Source: Candidatus Bathyarchaeum sp. (GTDB lineage: Archaea; Thermoproteota; Bathyarchaeia; Bathyarchaeales; Bathyarchaeaceae). Taken from it: 47,969 nucleotides of DNA. Shown in pieces: positions 45,959-47,969 of the stretch; position 1 is the first letter of the stretch; each line of letters opens with the position of its first letter. The position numbers and the translations under genes are program-made. The stretch lies in assembly GCA_026014495.1 (NCBI GenBank), contig JAOZIF010000021.1, forward strand, positions 33,249 to 81,217, read 5' to 3'. The notes under the pieces were generated by a model that saw nothing but the letters and a program-made list of their open reading frames with translations, did no database searches and was not told the origin of the DNA.

Positions 45959-46759
45959 TTGACTTGGCTAAAAGAAAAGTCACCATTCGTTATTGTGTCC
46001 TTTCTTTTAGGTTCAGTTTTGGTTCTGTTTTTGGTGATTCCTATTTTCAGTTCGTTAGGGAGTTCTGCTTCGGGGCTGTTGGATGTTTTAACTGATGGAA
46101 GAACTCTTAACGCCATTTGGGTGAGCTTTTACTGCGCTTTTCTGGCAACAGTGTTCATGTTTATCTTGGGAATTCCGTTTGCTTACCTGTTTGTTCGTCA
46201 CAGTTTTCTGGGTAAGAACATTCTTGACTCGTTAATTGACATACCTATTTTGATTCCTCATAACACTGCGGGTATTGCTTTGCTTTTTGTTCTCAGACCA
46301 GACGCTTCAATCGGCGCAGCCTTTTCAATGTTGGGCATCACTTTTTTGGATACAGTATGGGGAATTGTTATTGCTATGGCTTTTGTTAGTGCACCTTTCA
46401 TGATTAGAAGTGCTCAAGAAGCGTTCTTGTCAATAGACCCTGAGATGGAAAAGATTGGCAGAAGCCTAGGGGCAACAAGATTCAAAGTTTTTTTGAACAT
46501 AACTTTTCCGTTGGCATCAAGAGGAATACTAACAGGGTGTCTGCTTACGTGGGCACGAGCAGTAAGCGAGTTTGGAGCAGTTGTGTTGATTGCATATTTT
46601 CCAAAGACAGCCCCCGTCCATTTGTATGACGTGTTTGTCAGTGAAGGCTTGAGTGCTGCGTTGCCAATTAATGCGTTGCTAATTTTGCTTGCTATTGTAA
46701 TTCTTGTGGTCTTCAGGGTTATAGTTGCTAAACCAGCAAAGCTCATGTACAGAGGGTAG
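45959..46759 (+). CDS. wtpB: ABC transporter permease, WtpB/ModB-like
   Basis: DIPILIPHNTAGIALL, EAA loop DPEMEKIGRSLGAT and WARAVSEFGA. Confidence 0.9.
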   Translation: MTWLKEKSPFVIVSFLLGSVLVLFLVIPIFSSLGSSASGLLDVLTDGRTLNAIWVSFYCAFLATVFMFILGIPFAYLFVRHSFLGKNILDSLIDIPILIPHNTAGIALLFVLRPDASIGAAFSMLGITFLDTVWGIVIAMAFVSAPFMIRSAQEAFLSIDPEMEKIGRSLGATRFKVFLNITFPLASRGILTGCLLTWARAVSEFGAVVLIAYFPKTAPVHLYDVFVSEGLSAALPINALLILLAIVILVVFRVIVAKPAKLMYRG

Positions 46760-46771
46760 ATGTGAAACAAA

Positions 46772-47821
46772 ATGGGACTTGAACTTGAAAACATATCAAA
46801 AACTTGGCAGGGCTTCGAGCTAAAAAATATTGAACTAAAAGCCGAGACTGGTGACTACTTTATAATACTTGGTCCTACAGGAGCAGGCAAAACCCTTCTT
46901 CTTGAAACAATAATGGGCTTTCACCATCCAGATAACGGAAAAATTGTTCTAGACGGATTAGACATAACACGAGCACCGCCAGAAAAGCGACACATCGGTT
47001 ATGTTTCTCAAAATTGTGTTCTGTTTCCACACTTGAACGTTCGCCAAAACATTGAGTTTGGTCTAAAAATGAGGGGAACCCAAAAAACTGAACGCACAAA
47101 ATTAGTCAATCAGATTCTTGAGGTTACTGGGCTTACGTTAATACAACACCGCAGACCTGCAACCCTGAGTGGCGGAGAAAAACAAAAAGTTGTTCTTGCA
47201 CGTGTATTAGCAACCAGCCCCAAAACAATACTGTTTGACGAGCCATTAACGGGGATAGACCCAGAAGCCGCTCGTGAACTCAAAAAAGAATTGAAACGAA
47301 TCAGTAGCAACACAGTAACAATAGTTCACGTTACCCACAATCAAGTTGAAGGATTTAGTTTAGGCAATAAAATGGCAATAATAAAATCTGGAGAAATTGT
47401 ACAAACTGGAAAACCAAAAGAAATTTTTGCAAACCCCAAAACCGAGTTTGTTGCAAAGTTTCTTGGTTACGAAAACGTTTTCAAGGCTCAACTGGTAAGT
47501 CAACAAGATTCATTTTTTGTTGTAAACGTAGAAGGCGTTACAATTAAAGTGTCAGAAAATGTAAACAAGCCCGAATGTACAATCGCAATTAGACCAGAAG
47601 AAATCAGTATACACTTTTCGCAGATACAGGATACATCCATGAATGTTCTGAACGGGACTATCACCGAATTTGCAGACCAAGGACCCGCCGTTTTGTTAAC
47701 TGTAGACGCTCCACTGCCTTTTCAAGCCCTTGTAACCAAACGTTTTTTTGTTGAAAAAAATCTTGAAATTGGGCAAAACGTGTGGCTTGCATTCAAAAGC
47801 AATTCAGTTAAAGTGATGTAA
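46772..47821 (+). CDS. wtpC: ABC transporter ATPase with C-terminal TOBE region, WtpC-like
   Basis: GPTGAGKT, LSGGEKQ, ILFDEP, HVTH, IRPEEI and a TOBE-like tail. Confidence 0.92.
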   Translation: MGLELENISKTWQGFELKNIELKAETGDYFIILGPTGAGKTLLLETIMGFHHPDNGKIVLDGLDITRAPPEKRHIGYVSQNCVLFPHLNVRQNIEFGLKMRGTQKTERTKLVNQILEVTGLTLIQHRRPATLSGGEKQKVVLARVLATSPKTILFDEPLTGIDPEAARELKKELKRISSNTVTIVHVTHNQVEGFSLGNKMAIIKSGEIVQTGKPKEIFANPKTEFVAKFLGYENVFKAQLVSQQDSFFVVNVEGVTIKVSENVNKPECTIAIRPEEISIHFSQIQDTSMNVLNGTITEFADQGPAVLLTVDAPLPFQALVTKRFFVEKNLEIGQNVWLAFKSNSVKVM

Positions 47822-47848
47822 ACTGTGTGGTTAACAGTTTTCCAGACC

Positions 47849-47969
47849 CTGTATTTTTGCTATTATACTAATGTGCATGTGAACTTTTGGCATCAAACTT
47901 GTGCAGTGCTGAAATTTTCAGAAAAAAAGTTAGTTTTCAACAATGTACCTCTATTTGTATCCTAATATG
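47849..47969 (-). repeat. Dispersed intergenic repeat, copy 4 (long form); the window ends at its 5' end
   Basis: Minus strand reads CATATTAG-gata-CAAATAG-AGGTACATTGTTGAAAACTAACTTTTTTTCTGAAAATTTCAGCACTGC...AGTTCACA...CATTAG. Confidence 0.88.

Noticed and set aside
34091-47969. Composite transposon bounded by inverted repeat copies 3 and 4
   Set aside because: No transposase inside, and the interval contains the core gene rqcH.
3341-47969. Dispersed repeat as a CRISPR repeat
   Set aside because: Copies are kilobases apart with no repeat-spacer periodicity, and no cas genes are present.

Overview
Archaeal chromosomal segment, probably Bathyarchaeia. This is inferred from gene content (archaeal RtcB, aEF-1beta, Cdc48, Fen1, Rqc2, archaeal-type SRP RNA, REC + DUF3227-like pair) and was not confirmed by a search. 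Housekeeping genes alternate with accessory blocks of secreted and membrane proteins. No CRISPR array, rRNA, tRNA or transposase was seen. Main findings: (1) The pcm gene is interrupted by a 30-nt insertion carrying an in-frame UGA. The insertion folds into a canonical bulge-helix-bulge, and excision at the standard cut sites restores the conserved SAPHM motif exactly, so it is a candidate spliced mRNA intron. (2) A putative Mo/W-related surface regulon: five exported proteins built from ten Cys-less sulfite-oxidase-like domains, two exported metallophosphoesterases and a WtpABC-type transporter with a remodelled binding pocket. Four copies of a palindromic operator (CGAWATG-N10-CATATCG) sit upstream of these genes. 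(3) Two paralogous membrane-anchored wHTH regulators, each next to an exported protein and a GTTC-N8-GAAC palindrome. (4) A dispersed hairpin-led repeat in four copies. All alignments were done by eye.
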